NCBI GenBank assembly: GCA_963728565.1
Contig: CAVSLC010000019.1
Span: forward strand, 188,334 to 252,333
Direction: 5' to 3'
DNA: 64,000 bases
DNA from: an uncultured delta proteobacterium
GTDB lineage: Bacteria; Desulfobacterota; Binatia; UBA9968
In this document: piece after piece, positions 30,874 to 41,676 of the stretch
Layout of the letters: every line of letters begins with the position of its first letter
How positions within the stretch are numbered: the first letter of the stretch is position 1
The notes under the pieces: model-generated
The model's input: only the letters and a program-made list of their open reading frames with translations
Databases searched by the model: none
Told to the model about the DNA's origin: nothing
Position numbers and translations under genes: made by a program

Positions 30874-32616
30874 GTGAAGATTCAAGTTCTTTCGAAAGAA
30901 ATGGCGAGCCGTATCGCGGCGGGAGAAGTGGTCGAGCGGCCGGCGTCGGTCGTTAAAGAGCTGCTGGAGAATTCCATCGACGCACGAGCCACCGAGATTA
31001 CCGTCTCGATCGAGAAGAGCGGAACCTCCTTGATCCGGGTAACCGATGATGGCGAGGGCATCGCGCCCGAAGATCTGCCGCTTGCGCTTGAGCGCCATGC
31101 AACCAGCAAACTACGCAACGACGAGGATCTTTTTCGGATTTCGACATTGGGTTTTCGCGGCGAGGCGTTGCCGAGCATCGCTTCGGTATCTCGGTTTGAG
31201 ATCACCTCCAGACCGGCGGGTTATGATTCCGCCTGCCGATTGCGCGTCGACGGCGAAAGCAAGATCTCGGCCCAGATGGCTGCCGCTGCAACGGGTACTA
31301 GGATCGAGCTGAAAGACCTGTTTTACAATGTTCCGGCCCGGCGAAAGTTTTTGAAATCTCTTCCTACAGAGTTTAGCCACATTTGCGATATCGTTAACCG
31401 GCTGGCGCTCGCCTACCCCGACATTCATTTCCGTCTCGAACATAACGGAAAGACTCTAATCGATTTTGTCGCAGTGCGTGAGTTGCGCGAACGCTTGTAC
31501 CAAGTGTTCGGAAGGGAAGTCGTCGACTCCTTACGCCCATTCGAGTACAGGCAGGGCGTCCTCTCTGTCAGCGGTTACCTGAGCTCGGCTCCAACGGCGT
31601 TTCCGAACTCGCGTCATCTGATGACGTTTGTGAATCACCGTTATGTTCGCGATAAGATCCTCACGCACGCGGTTCTGCACGGCTACGAGACTCTCTTGAT
31701 GAAGGGCCAATACCCCGCGGTGGTGCTGCTGTTGGATATTCCCTTTGACGAAGTGGACGTCAACGTGCACCCGGCCAAGTACGAAGTGAGATTTCGCCGT
31801 CAGTCCGACGTGCATGAAGCCGTTGCCCGCGCGATACGGGAGGCTCTCAGAGCGGAGGCTCAACAGCCATCCGGGCGCAGCTTTGCGCCGTGGCCGCAAT
31901 ATTCTCCTGCGGATATGGAAGCCGTGTTGCCGTACGCGAGTTCCGTTTCTACTTTCGCGGAATCGTTTGTTTCAGAATCGAGCCGGGACATTTTTGTTCT
32001 TCCAAACCAGTCAAGTCAAATGCGCCCAGGATTTTTTTCGTCGCTCAATGTCCTCGGCCAAATTCTCGGCTGTTATTTGGTTTGTTCATCTGATCAGGGT
32101 TTGGCGCTGATCGACCAGCACGCCGCGCACGAAAGGGTCGCCTTCGAACGGCTACGAAAGCAGATGCGCGCCAATGCAGTGGAACGACAAACACTGTTGC
32201 TTCATCAGACGGTCGAGTTATCGGCCGGTGAAATGATTCTGCTAGAAAAACAGCTCGATGTCTTGGAGCGCTATGGCTTTACGCTCGAGCCCTTTGGGCC
32301 CAACTCGTATGCGATCATCGCGGTTCCGGCTCTATTGGCGGAAGGGGACTACCGGCCGGTGGTGCTCCAGATGGTGGCGGAATTGGCAGAGATAGACAAA
32401 TCCGAGAAGCTGGGGCAGCACTTGGAGGAGCGCTTGGCAACTATCGCCTGCCACAGCGTTATTCGGGCCAATCGCCAATTGGAAATTCACGAGATGCGCG
32501 CGCTGTTGCGGGATCTCGACGACACCGACTTCGCGACCCAATGCCCGCACGGCCGGCCGGTCCTGCTCGAGTTCAGCCGTGAAGAGCTGGAGCGAATGTT
32601 TAAACGGGTTTTATAG
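30874..32616 (+). CDS. mutL: DNA mismatch repair protein MutL
   Basis: IAAGEVVERPASVVKEL, GFRGEAL, endonuclease motif DQHAAHER, ACH and CPHGRP. Confidence 0.97.
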   Translation: MKIQVLSKEMASRIAAGEVVERPASVVKELLENSIDARATEITVSIEKSGTSLIRVTDDGEGIAPEDLPLALERHATSKLRNDEDLFRISTLGFRGEALPSIASVSRFEITSRPAGYDSACRLRVDGESKISAQMAAAATGTRIELKDLFYNVPARRKFLKSLPTEFSHICDIVNRLALAYPDIHFRLEHNGKTLIDFVAVRELRERLYQVFGREVVDSLRPFEYRQGVLSVSGYLSSAPTAFPNSRHLMTFVNHRYVRDKILTHAVLHGYETLLMKGQYPAVVLLLDIPFDEVDVNVHPAKYEVRFRRQSDVHEAVARAIREALRAEAQQPSGRSFAPWPQYSPADMEAVLPYASSVSTFAESFVSESSRDIFVLPNQSSQMRPGFFSSLNVLGQILGCYLVCSSDQGLALIDQHAAHERVAFERLRKQMRANAVERQTLLLHQTVELSAGEMILLEKQLDVLERYGFTLEPFGPNSYAIIAVPALLAEGDYRPVVLQMVAELAEIDKSEKLGQHLEERLATIACHSVIRANRQLEIHEMRALLRDLDDTDFATQCPHGRPVLLEFSREELERMFKRVL

Positions 32617-32668
32617 CTGGCCGCGCGATTCTTTGGTCTGCCGTCGCCGCAATCGTTACTTGGCTGCA

Positions 32669-33586
32669 GTGAAACCCAAACTCGTCATTGTTCTTGGTCC
32701 CACAGCCGTCGGCAAAAGCGATACAGTGTTGGATCTGGCATTGCAATTTGGCGCGGAGATTATCAGCGCTGATTCGCAGCAGGTCTACCGCCACATGGAC
32801 ATCGGCACGGCAAAGCCATCCAGCGAGCAAAGAGAAAAGGTTGCCCACCATCTAATCGATATCGTCGATCCCGACGAGGAGTTCAACGCTGCCATGTTTC
32901 GCAATCGAGCCTCTGAGGTCGCATACCAGCTGGCCAATCGCGACAAGAGGATCATTGTTTGCGGCGGCACCGGACTCTACATCAAAGCTCTTACCAAAGG
33001 ATTATTCGAGGGACCCGGAAGGGATCCGCAGATCAGACAAGCGCTTGAACGGGAGATTGAGAAGCATGGAACCGGAGCGCTTTATCATCGGCTCGAGCAG
33101 GTCGATCCAGAGTCGGCTAGGCGAATTCACCCCAATGACCGGCAGCGAATCACCCGGGCGCTGGAAGTTTACGATGCGACCGGGCGAAAAATCACTGAGT
33201 GGCAGAGCGAGCATAGGTTTAATGATTTGCTGTTCGACGTGCTTAAAATCGGTTTGGATCGGCAGCGTAGTGAACTCTATGGTCGGATCGACCGGCGCTG
33301 CGAGCTCATGATCACAGCCGGTCTGCTCGATGAAGTCAAGAATCTCGTTGCCATGGGCTATGGCTTGGATTTGAAACCCATGCAAAGTGTCGGTTATCGC
33401 CACCTTGGGCTGTTTCTCCGGGATCGCATGTCTCTAGACAACGCGGTGCATCTGATGAAGCGAGACACGCGGCGGTTAGCCAAGCGGCAGCTCACCTGGT
33501 TTCATAGCGACCGCGAAATACGCTGGTTTGATCCGGAGGGTCAGCTCGGTGCCATTGAAGACGCGATGAGGAGTTTTTTTGACTGA
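32669..33586 (+). CDS. miaA: tRNA dimethylallyltransferase
   Basis: GPTAVGKS, DSQQVYRHMDIGTAKP, GGTGLY and AKRQLTWF. Confidence 0.96.
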   Translation: MKPKLVIVLGPTAVGKSDTVLDLALQFGAEIISADSQQVYRHMDIGTAKPSSEQREKVAHHLIDIVDPDEEFNAAMFRNRASEVAYQLANRDKRIIVCGGTGLYIKALTKGLFEGPGRDPQIRQALEREIEKHGTGALYHRLEQVDPESARRIHPNDRQRITRALEVYDATGRKITEWQSEHRFNDLLFDVLKIGLDRQRSELYGRIDRRCELMITAGLLDEVKNLVAMGYGLDLKPMQSVGYRHLGLFLRDRMSLDNAVHLMKRDTRRLAKRQLTWFHSDREIRWFDPEGQLGAIEDAMRSFFD

Positions 33587-33630
33587 TCTTTTTACTCAGT
33601 CGAGAACATTTTCAGTTTGGAGGAGGGATT

Positions 33631-35049
33631 GTGAGAATATCCGGATGCCGCACCCTGTTGCTGATGTTTCGAATGACTCTGCTGGTTGTGTTTTTGAGCG
33701 GCGACGGCTTGACAGCAGAAAAATCTTTGCCCGCCAATGCGTTTGAACAGGAAGCGGTGTCGCTACTGAGCCGCTATATCCAAATAGACACCACCAATCC
33801 ACCGGGAAACGAGACCAAGGCCGCGCGATTTTTTAAAGAGATCTTCGACAGGGAAGGGATCGAAGCGCGGATCATCGAGTCTGCTCCCGGACGCGGCAAC
33901 ATTTACGCCAGACTGCGGGGCAGCGGCGCGAAGAAAGCCGTAATTCTGCTGAATCACATGGATGTGGTACCGGCGGATGCCAATCTGTGGAAAGAAGCGC
34001 CGTTCAGCGGTTCCGTCAAGGACGGATATATTTGGGGCCGCGGCGCTCTCGATATGAAGGGCCCCGCTATCGCCGAGCTGATGACGCTCTTGGCGTTCAA
34101 GCGCAACAATGTAGCCCTGCGAGGGGACCTGATTTTTCTCGGCACTGCAGATGAAGAGGCGGGCGGCGCGCTAGGAGCCGGGTTTTTACTCGAAAAACAT
34201 CCGGACTTGTTTGCAAATGTCGGCGTGGTTTTAAACGAAGGTGGCGGAGTACGCTTGGGCAAAGATGGCAAGGTGCAGAGTTACAGCGTCAGCATCGCGG
34301 AAAAGACCCCGCTCTGGTTGCGGCTGATTGCGAACGGCGCACCGGGCCATGGCTCGACGCCAGGAAGAGACGCCGCGGTCGATAAGTTGGTGCTTGCCCT
34401 GGGACGGCTTCTGGCTCATCAAACGCCGATTAAAGTTGTCCCGGAGGTGCAGAAGTTCTTCGCCGACACCGCTGCTGGAGAACCCGAGAGCCGCCGCCAG
34501 CAATACCAAGACCTGCGAACCGCGCTCAAAGATCCGGCCTTTGCCGCGGATTTCACCACTAACCCGCGTAACAATGCGAACGTGAGAAACACGATTGCGG
34601 TTACGGGCCTGAGGGCATCGGACAAGGTCAATGTTATTCCGGCGCAGGCCTCCGCCGATATCGATGCTCGACTGCTGCCGGGCGAAAATCCTCAATCGTT
34701 TATCGCCGAAGTGCGGCGGGTAATCGGCGATGAGAGTATAAAGATCGAAGTGCTTTTATCTTTCCCCGCGGCCGCCTCCCCGGCCGATCCGGAAGCGATG
34801 AGGGCAATACAGGCATTGGCAAAAGCGCGCGATAACGATGCTCCCGTGGTGGCGCCGCTGGTGCGCGGCTTTACCGACTGCCACTTCTTTCGCGCTAAAG
34901 GGATTTCCTGTTTGGGCTTTATGCCGCTCCGCAATATCCCTTCAGAAGAAGGCCTGGTGCATGGCGTCAACGAAAGAATCTCTCTGGATAGCCTGCGCTC
35001 AGGCATGCAATCGCTGTACGAACTGGTGCACAAGCTCACCGCCGAGTAG
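33631..35049 (+). CDS. M20/M25/M40 family metallopeptidase (exported)
   Basis: HMDVVP, GRGALDMKG, DEEAGG and HGVNERI. Signal-like N-terminus. Confidence 0.9.
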   Translation: MRISGCRTLLLMFRMTLLVVFLSGDGLTAEKSLPANAFEQEAVSLLSRYIQIDTTNPPGNETKAARFFKEIFDREGIEARIIESAPGRGNIYARLRGSGAKKAVILLNHMDVVPADANLWKEAPFSGSVKDGYIWGRGALDMKGPAIAELMTLLAFKRNNVALRGDLIFLGTADEEAGGALGAGFLLEKHPDLFANVGVVLNEGGGVRLGKDGKVQSYSVSIAEKTPLWLRLIANGAPGHGSTPGRDAAVDKLVLALGRLLAHQTPIKVVPEVQKFFADTAAGEPESRRQQYQDLRTALKDPAFAADFTTNPRNNANVRNTIAVTGLRASDKVNVIPAQASADIDARLLPGENPQSFIAEVRRVIGDESIKIEVLLSFPAAASPADPEAMRAIQALAKARDNDAPVVAPLVRGFTDCHFFRAKGISCLGFMPLRNIPSEEGLVHGVNERISLDSLRSGMQSLYELVHKLTAE

Positions 35050-35476
35050 GCCGCTCAAACCCACGGGGAGTTGGGTTCAATGTGCCGAGGATCTCATGCG
35101 CGACAGGCTGCAAGACTAAAAGCTATCTCATTTTGGAACGTCCGTCAGGATTCCAAGTAAATTATAGCCACCCGAGGACACATTTTTAAATTTCCGGCGA
35201 CCAGCCGACGTGGAGCGTCAATGTCGCAGTTGCCCCAGCGCCTGGCGAAAACCTTTTCAGGATTGTGGCATGAGCGGCCGGATATTTGTGCCGGAATTCT
35301 TCCAGCAGCGGACTTTAAGCATTCCGGTGGCATTCGCAAGGGTTCGATGATGTAGCGATAAACAAAGAACTGACGAGTCAGAGATTCATAAGCTATAATG
35401 CTTCTGGATCAGTATCGACCAAGTTAGCAGTCCGACTATGACGACGATGCAATGTTCGTAACAAGGACCCTCGCCA

Positions 35477-36238
35477 ATGACCCTCCCGCTCGGTTTAATC
35501 TTCATGTTTCTATTGACGCTTTCTTTAATTGCGCGGCCCGAGGCGTGGGCCGCCTCCAGGTTGCAAACGTCCCCGGAACCGACAGTAGTTGAGATTTTTA
35601 TAGCGCCCGACGAGTCATCCCTCGTGATCGAGTCGCTTGGAGATGGACAGTCGTTGTCGCCGATGGCGGAAATGACGGGGGCCGGCGGGTTGAAATGGTT
35701 TATGGTGAAGACGAGCAAGGGCAACATCGGTTGGATCAAAGCAGGCGAGAACAATGCGGCAAAGAAAATCGACAGTCATTTCCGTTCTTTGCCCAGGGAA
35801 AACCCGGTTATTCGCCCGACAAGCCCGGCTGAGACTTCGAACTCGTCGCCGGAAGGCGCGCACGCTATTCCTGTCAAGGTGAACGGTTCGAAAGTGATTG
35901 TTTCTGTAAATTTCAATAATAGCACTGCCGCCAACCTGCTATTGGACACCGGTGCGTCTCGCACCATGATTTCTTCCCGGATCGCCAAGATTCTTCGGCT
36001 TGAATCGATCGGCTCTGGCATGGGATATGGCATTGGGGGCATCGTGACTGTGTCGGCAGCGCGCGTTGAATCAGTCAAACTGGGCGAAGTGGAGAGGCAG
36101 AACTTGTTAGTGATGATCCATGATTTCTCTCCTGATGCCAGCTACGAGGGATTATTGGGATTTGACTTCTTGAGCCACTTCCATATGTCACTGGATTTAC
36201 AAAAGGCGTTATTAGTGCTGACACCGCGGAAGGGCTAA
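35477..36238 (+). CDS. Retropepsin-like aspartic protease with an N-terminal SH3-like domain
   Basis: Signal peptide, W..V....G.IGWI (SH3-like), LLDTGASRT and GLLGFDFL. Confidence 0.82.
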   Translation: MTLPLGLIFMFLLTLSLIARPEAWAASRLQTSPEPTVVEIFIAPDESSLVIESLGDGQSLSPMAEMTGAGGLKWFMVKTSKGNIGWIKAGENNAAKKIDSHFRSLPRENPVIRPTSPAETSNSSPEGAHAIPVKVNGSKVIVSVNFNNSTAANLLLDTGASRTMISSRIAKILRLESIGSGMGYGIGGIVTVSAARVESVKLGEVERQNLLVMIHDFSPDASYEGLLGFDFLSHFHMSLDLQKALLVLTPRKG

Positions 36239-36282
36239 CGACTAAAGCTGCGGCACCGTAAGTGAACCGTCGCAACCGGCGA

Positions 36283-37536
36283 TCAGCAACACGGCAGCGG
36301 GTTTTCGATGAGATTATAAACGTGATCGAAGGTTACTTGGTGCACCCGCGCTAGAATTTTAAAGACTCGCGGCGGCTCGTTTTTGAGGAAGACCATAATG
36401 GCAGTCTCCACCGGAGGACAACCTTCTTTGACGCAGGGTACTTCTTTGATGACGATGGGCGCGTCGGGTGGAAACTCTAGAATCGTCTGCACCCAGTAAC
36501 GGATCTGATCGAAAACAAAGCTCGAGACATCGATCTTTTGGCCGAACGGGTCGACTTCGGCTAAACCGTTACCGTCCTCGGTCGTCAGGCAAGCTTGAAA
36601 GCCGGTGGTAATCTTTTCCCCGTCCAGACTCCGCCCGATGAACACCAAGCGATTGGTCCGCTCCTCGCCTTCGGCCCAAGCTCGTCCAGGACGGCCTTCG
36701 AACAGCAGATGAACGCCCTGGAAGACAAACTGGTCCGGGTCGTTGCGCAGGTTGAGAATTCCTTTCATACGCATGATACTCTGGCCGTACTCGGCTAGCA
36801 GTTGGCGGAACCACTGGCTAAGTTTGACCCCGTCGAGATCCCCCGGCGTGACGATCGAAACAGTGGAAATGTCATCGGTGTGCTTGTGGTTGTCGTCGTG
36901 ATCTTGCGCCTTAACTTCGATGTCGAGACTGCGAAGATCTAAGACTTTGGCGATTTCGATGTCCGAGTTCCTGGTTTGGTAAATGCGCGCCGCTCGGTTC
37001 AAGTTTTTGATTTTGTATTCGAGCTCCTGCAGATCTTCCGGGCTGATTAGATCCAGTTTATTAAGTAGGACCAGATCGGCAAAGGCAATCTGTTCGCGGG
37101 CTTCCGTGGAGTGGTCGATTTGTTGCACGATATGCTTGGAATCGACCACGGTTACGACTCCATTGAGTTGAAATTGGCTTTTGATTCGTTCATCGGCGAA
37201 GAACGTTTGTACGACCGGCGCCGGGTCGGCAAGTCCGGTGGTTTCGATCATCAGCGTGTCGAACTTGGACCTGTGCTCGAGAAGCTGAAACAGGCTGCGC
37301 AGCAGATCGCCGCGAACTGTGCAGCAGATACAGCCGTTGCTCATTTCGACGATTTCTTGTTCCGACGAAATCAGTAGATGATGGTCGATGCCAACCTCGC
37401 CGAATTCATTAACGATGACGGCAACCCGCCGGCCGTGCTCAGCAGTCAATATGCGGTTCAACAGTGTTGTCTTGCCGGCGCCGAGAAATCCGGTCAAAAC
37501 GGTTACTGGAACTCTTTCATCATTTGTTTCGGCCAT
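36283..37536 (-). CDS. CobW/COG0523 metallochaperone GTPase with an extra C-terminal Cys domain
   Basis: [31 protein letters not shown] and the CobW_C motif RMKG. About 80 extra residues carry CVKEGCPP and a terminal PCC. Confidence 0.9.
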   Translation of the reverse strand: MAETNDERVPVTVLTGFLGAGKTTLLNRILTAEHGRRVAVIVNEFGEVGIDHHLLISSEQEIVEMSNGCICCTVRGDLLRSLFQLLEHRSKFDTLMIETTGLADPAPVVQTFFADERIKSQFQLNGVVTVVDSKHIVQQIDHSTEAREQIAFADLVLLNKLDLISPEDLQELEYKIKNLNRAARIYQTRNSDIEIAKVLDLRSLDIEVKAQDHDDNHKHTDDISTVSIVTPGDLDGVKLSQWFRQLLAEYGQSIMRMKGILNLRNDPDQFVFQGVHLLFEGRPGRAWAEGEERTNRLVFIGRSLDGEKITTGFQACLTTEDGNGLAEVDPFGQKIDVSSFVFDQIRYWVQTILEFPPDAPIVIKEVPCVKEGCPPVETAIMVFLKNEPPRVFKILARVHQVTFDHVYNLIENPLPCC

Positions 37537-37662
37537 CGACTTGAAATCCTTTCACAATTGTTCTGTAAAGGTAACACACACTTGGGCCGAGTCAACTTTG
37601 ATGCGATAAAGTATGCCCCCTTGGGACTACGGAACGCTTGGAATGCATAAGGAGGGAAGACT

Positions 37663-38298
37663 TTGATTGAGTTTAGACCCATAGGCATCGAGCAATACGT
37701 CGAACGCCACTCTAAGCCGATGTCCTTGTTTCACGACAAGATCTGGTTGGAAACCTATAGGCAAACCGGAAATCCAACCACCATGGTCGGCCCTCTGGCG
37801 GCTCAACTGTTGAAGATGCTCGTGCTCATGACCGGGGCGCGCCGCATTTTAGAAATCGGCATGTACACAGGGTACAGCACCTTGGCTTTTGCCGAGGCGT
37901 TACCGAAGGACGGTAGGGTTGTGACCTGCGAGATCAATCCTGAAACGACCGCAATCGCAAAGCAGTGTTTTGCCGAGAGTCAGCACGGCCGAAAAATCGA
38001 GGTGAAACTGGGACCCGCTTTGAATTCGTTGAAAGTAATTTCAGGCCCGTTCGATCTTTGTTTCATCGACGCCGACAAGGACCGTTATGGCGAATACTTC
38101 GACGCCAGTATGCAATTAGTTCGGTCAAAGGGTGTGATCGTCTTGGACAATATGCTGCGCAGCGGTAAGGTCATGCATCCAAGCGATCCCGGCAGTCAGG
38201 CCGTTGATGCGTTGAACAAACGCATTCGCAACGACCCGCGGGTTGAGAACGTTCTGTTGCCGGTGCGTGACGGTATCATGTTGGTGGTAAAGCTCTGA
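37663..38298 (+). CDS. O-methyltransferase (CCoAOMT-like)
   Basis: ILEIGMYTGYS, FIDADK, DNML and PVRDG. Confidence 0.9.
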   Translation: MIEFRPIGIEQYVERHSKPMSLFHDKIWLETYRQTGNPTTMVGPLAAQLLKMLVLMTGARRILEIGMYTGYSTLAFAEALPKDGRVVTCEINPETTAIAKQCFAESQHGRKIEVKLGPALNSLKVISGPFDLCFIDADKDRYGEYFDASMQLVRSKGVIVLDNMLRSGKVMHPSDPGSQAVDALNKRIRNDPRVENVLLPVRDGIMLVVKL

Positions 38299-38411
38299 CA
38301 GACAATGAGGAAAGCTGAAAACCTAAAGACGAAATCAAGCCGCTACAAAAGCCAAAGCGGGAGCATGAGGCTCGGAGCAATGTGCCAGGAGCTCAGACTA
38401 TTCTAAAAATT

Positions 38412-39350
38412 TCATTCGGCGACGTTTTCCTCCGATCGTAGCGCGTCAAGGACATACTGAAGATCTTTGGGGATCTGTGCGCTCCAGACGTATGTTTTTC
38501 CGCCGTGTTCAATCTTGAGGCGCCGAGCGTGCAGAAACTGCCGCTTCAGTCCGTACTTTTTGCTAAACTGTTTGTTGAAGTTAAAATCGCCGTGTTGATC
38601 ATCCAGCACAACGGGATAACCGAGCGCTGCGAAGTGAAGACGGATCTGATGCAGGCGCCCAGTTTCAATGTTCACGCGCGTTAACGTGGTTTGTGAAAAG
38701 CGCTCCAATACTTTAAAGCGCGTAAGCGCCCGTACCGGCGCGCCTTCCCGACCGGGCAACGCTAAATCGATCCTACCCTGATGATCTTGAAGACGTCCGG
38801 CAACGAGGCAGAGATATTCCTTATCCGCGTCTCTGCCCTCGGCAAAGATTGCCTCCAGTGCCGCCGCCGTTAATTCGTCCTTGGCGATCAGCAAAACGCC
38901 CGAAGTATCTTTATCGAGGCGATGCACTAATTGGAGTCTAACTCCCTGTTCTCGATATGTGCGTTCGAGCGCGCCGATGACCGAATGACGCTTCAGGACG
39001 TGCTTACCTTCGTGAACGGCCATGCCGGCCGGCTTGTTGATCACCAGAAGCCGGGTATCTTCATAAATCACGGGAAACTTCGGCGCTGCGACTGACGGCG
39101 TATCGCTGTGCCGGACGGTTTTCTCAAACGGTATATAGAGCTGGATTCGATCGCCGGCTCGAACCAGATACTCGGGCTTGGACCGTTTGCCGTTGACCCG
39201 CAAACCGTTTTTCCGAAAAACTTTGCGCACGTAGCCAATCGGGAATCGGCTCTTGAGGAAACTCTGCAGTTTTTTATCGTTTTCAGCCGCAGGTACGACG
39301 ATTTCTTGGTTCACCACGGTCAATCTGCGATACACTTCTGGGTTCGTCAA
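38412..39350 (-). CDS. RluA-family pseudouridine synthase with S4 domain
   Basis: NKPAG, HRLDKDTSG, TGRLHQIR and QFLHA. Confidence 0.92.
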   Translation of the reverse strand: MTNPEVYRRLTVVNQEIVVPAAENDKKLQSFLKSRFPIGYVRKVFRKNGLRVNGKRSKPEYLVRAGDRIQLYIPFEKTVRHSDTPSVAAPKFPVIYEDTRLLVINKPAGMAVHEGKHVLKRHSVIGALERTYREQGVRLQLVHRLDKDTSGVLLIAKDELTAAALEAIFAEGRDADKEYLCLVAGRLQDHQGRIDLALPGREGAPVRALTRFKVLERFSQTTLTRVNIETGRLHQIRLHFAALGYPVVLDDQHGDFNFNKQFSKKYGLKRQFLHARRLKIEHGGKTYVWSAQIPKDLQYVLDALRSEENVAE

Positions 39351-39455
39351 GCGAAGATTTGAGCAATATTTGCAATTCTTTAGGAATTAAGATAGGTTAC
39401 GCCGGTATTTCTAAAAGAGTCTGCGCGCCGGGTGCGCGCCCCAGCGAGGTTGTCT

Positions 39456-40532
39456 TTGAGTCGTAATGAGTCGGTCGATGTTCTCCGCAAAAAAATCGAT
39501 CAAATTGATGAAAAAATCGTTGCCCTGCTAAACGATCGGGCCTTCCTTGCGCAAAAAATCGGCCGTAGCAAGAGCCAAAACAATCAAGAAGTTTATGTTC
39601 CGCATCGGGAGAAGCAAATCCTTCAGCGCCTCTCCCGGTTGAACCAAGGTCCGCTTCCCGAACACTCCATCCGCGCTATTTTCAGAGAAGTTGTCTCCGC
39701 TTGCCGCTCCATCGAAGCGCCTCTTAAGATTGCCTTCTTCGGGGCCGAAGGAACCTATTCGCATCTTGCTGCCCGAGAGAAATTTGGTTCCACAGTAACG
39801 CTGCTGCCGACTGCCAGTATCAGCGAAGTGTTTCAGGAGGTGAGCCAGGAGAGAGTTTCGTTCGGCGTTGTGCCGATTGAGAATTCCACCGAAGGCGTGG
39901 TGGCGCACACCCTCGACGTACTGGTCGATTCCGAGCTCAAGATCTGCGCCGAAATTTATCTCGAGATTCATCACAATCTCTTGTCACGCACCGGGCGAGA
40001 ACAGGATGTCAAGCGCGTCGTGTCTCATCCCCAGGCTCTCGCGCAATGCCGGCAGTGGCTAACGCGCCATTTGTCGAGCGCGAAGCTGGACGAGGTGGCG
40101 AGCACCGCGCACGCGGCCATGATCGCTGCCGGTGATAGATCCGTCGGCGCAATCTCCAGCGCGTTGGCGAAGGAGGCGTACGACCTGCAAGTCATTGCAG
40201 CCAATATCGAGGACCACCCAAACAACATCACAAGATTTCTCGTCATTGGCGCACAAGAGACGGTTCCCAGCGGCGATGATAAAACCTCTCTGGTTTTCTC
40301 GGTAAAAGACAAGCCGGGGGTTTTGCACCGGATGCTCCAGCCGTTCGCGCGAAGTCGGATCAACCTGACCAAAATCGAATCGCGGCCGATCAAAAACAAG
40401 CCATGGGAATACATGTTCTTTATCGACTTTAAAGGGCATCAAAAGGAAGCCAGGATCATGCGAGCGCTACAAACGCTTGATGCCAGCTGCGACTTTATCA
40501 AAATCCTGGGCTCTTATCCGAGCGGAAAATGA
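39456..40532 (+). CDS. pheA: Chorismate mutase / prephenate dehydratase (P-protein)
   Basis: LRKKIDQID CM domain, PIENSTEG, SHPQALAQC, NITRF and LTKIESRP. Confidence 0.95.
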   Translation: MSRNESVDVLRKKIDQIDEKIVALLNDRAFLAQKIGRSKSQNNQEVYVPHREKQILQRLSRLNQGPLPEHSIRAIFREVVSACRSIEAPLKIAFFGAEGTYSHLAAREKFGSTVTLLPTASISEVFQEVSQERVSFGVVPIENSTEGVVAHTLDVLVDSELKICAEIYLEIHHNLLSRTGREQDVKRVVSHPQALAQCRQWLTRHLSSAKLDEVASTAHAAMIAAGDRSVGAISSALAKEAYDLQVIAANIEDHPNNITRFLVIGAQETVPSGDDKTSLVFSVKDKPGVLHRMLQPFARSRINLTKIESRPIKNKPWEYMFFIDFKGHQKEARIMRALQTLDASCDFIKILGSYPSGK

Positions 40533-41623
40533 AAGTTACAGATCAAGTCCCGGAATATATTCGCACGTTGATTCCGTATGCGCCGGGAAAACCCATTGAA
40601 GAGGTGGAGCGCGAACTCGGTATTTTCAATTCGATCAAACTAGCATCCAACGAGAACCCGCTGGGGCCCTCGCCGTTGGCGCTTGACGCCATGCGCGAAA
40701 AATTGGCGCAACTCCATCTCTACCCGGACGGCGATTGTTTCTACCTGAAGCGCGCTTTGACGGCGAAACTTAATGTAACGCCCGAGCAGCTGATCTTCGG
40801 TAACGGCTCCAACGAGATCATCGAGCTGGCAATCCGCACCTTTATGCGCCCAGGCGACGAAGCGGTTATGGCGCGCCAGGCATTCGTTGTTTATAAACTG
40901 ACAGTGCAGGCGGTGGGCGGAATCTCGCAAGAAGTGCCGCTGCGGAATTTTACCCATGATCTCGAAGCGATCGGCGCAGCCATCAGCGCCAGAACCCGAA
41001 TCGTGTTTCTGGCCAATCCGAACAATCCCACCGGAACTATTTTTCGCAAGAGAGCTTGGGAGACGTTTTTAAAGCAGGTCCCGTCTGATGTTTTGATCAT
41101 CCTCGACGAAGCCTACTTCGAGTACGTCGAAGCCGCCGATTACCCCAACTCGTTAGATTATCATCAGCAGGGCAAGGCGTTGCTGACTTTGCGCACCTTC
41201 TCCAAACTCTATGGTCTTGCCGGCCTGAGAATCGGGTACGGCATTGCCGATAAGGAAATTATCAGCTTGATGCATCGGGTGCGGCAGCCGTTCAATGTAA
41301 ATGCGCCGGCGCAGTGGGGCGCCTTAGCCGCCTTGGATGATCGCGAGCATGTGCGACGTAGCCTCGAAAACAACCGGCAAGGACTTGAGTATCTGACCGC
41401 GGAGTTTGCCAGGTTGGGTATCGAATACGTTCCGAGTCACGCCAACTTTATCTTGTTACGCGTCGGTAAAGGGGAAGAAGTTTTCAATCGCCTGCTCGCT
41501 CAGGGCATCATCGTTCGACCCATGGCAGGATATCAGTTTCCAGAGTACCTCAGGGTGACTATTGGAACTATGGACGAAAACCGAAAGTTTATCGATGGGC
41601 TCGGGAAAGCGGTTGGGGCGTAG
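40529..41623 (+). CDS. hisC: Histidinol-phosphate aminotransferase
   Basis: KLASNENP, NPNNPTG, DEAY and RTFSKLYGLAGLRIG. Confidence 0.93.
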   Translation: MKVTDQVPEYIRTLIPYAPGKPIEEVERELGIFNSIKLASNENPLGPSPLALDAMREKLAQLHLYPDGDCFYLKRALTAKLNVTPEQLIFGNGSNEIIELAIRTFMRPGDEAVMARQAFVVYKLTVQAVGGISQEVPLRNFTHDLEAIGAAISARTRIVFLANPNNPTGTIFRKRAWETFLKQVPSDVLIILDEAYFEYVEAADYPNSLDYHQQGKALLTLRTFSKLYGLAGLRIGYGIADKEIISLMHRVRQPFNVNAPAQWGALAALDDREHVRRSLENNRQGLEYLTAEFARLGIEYVPSHANFILLRVGKGEEVFNRLLAQGIIVRPMAGYQFPEYLRVTIGTMDENRKFIDGLGKAVGA

Positions 41624-41676
41624 CGTAAGACCGGCGATGCCTTATGGATTGCGCCGGCATCGGGTAAGGAAGTTTG

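Noticed and set aside
35050-35470. Possible ncRNA in the 420-bp gap after the M20 peptidase
   Set aside because: Only short hairpins. I could not recognise a tRNA, 6S, SRP or riboswitch pattern without a covariance search.
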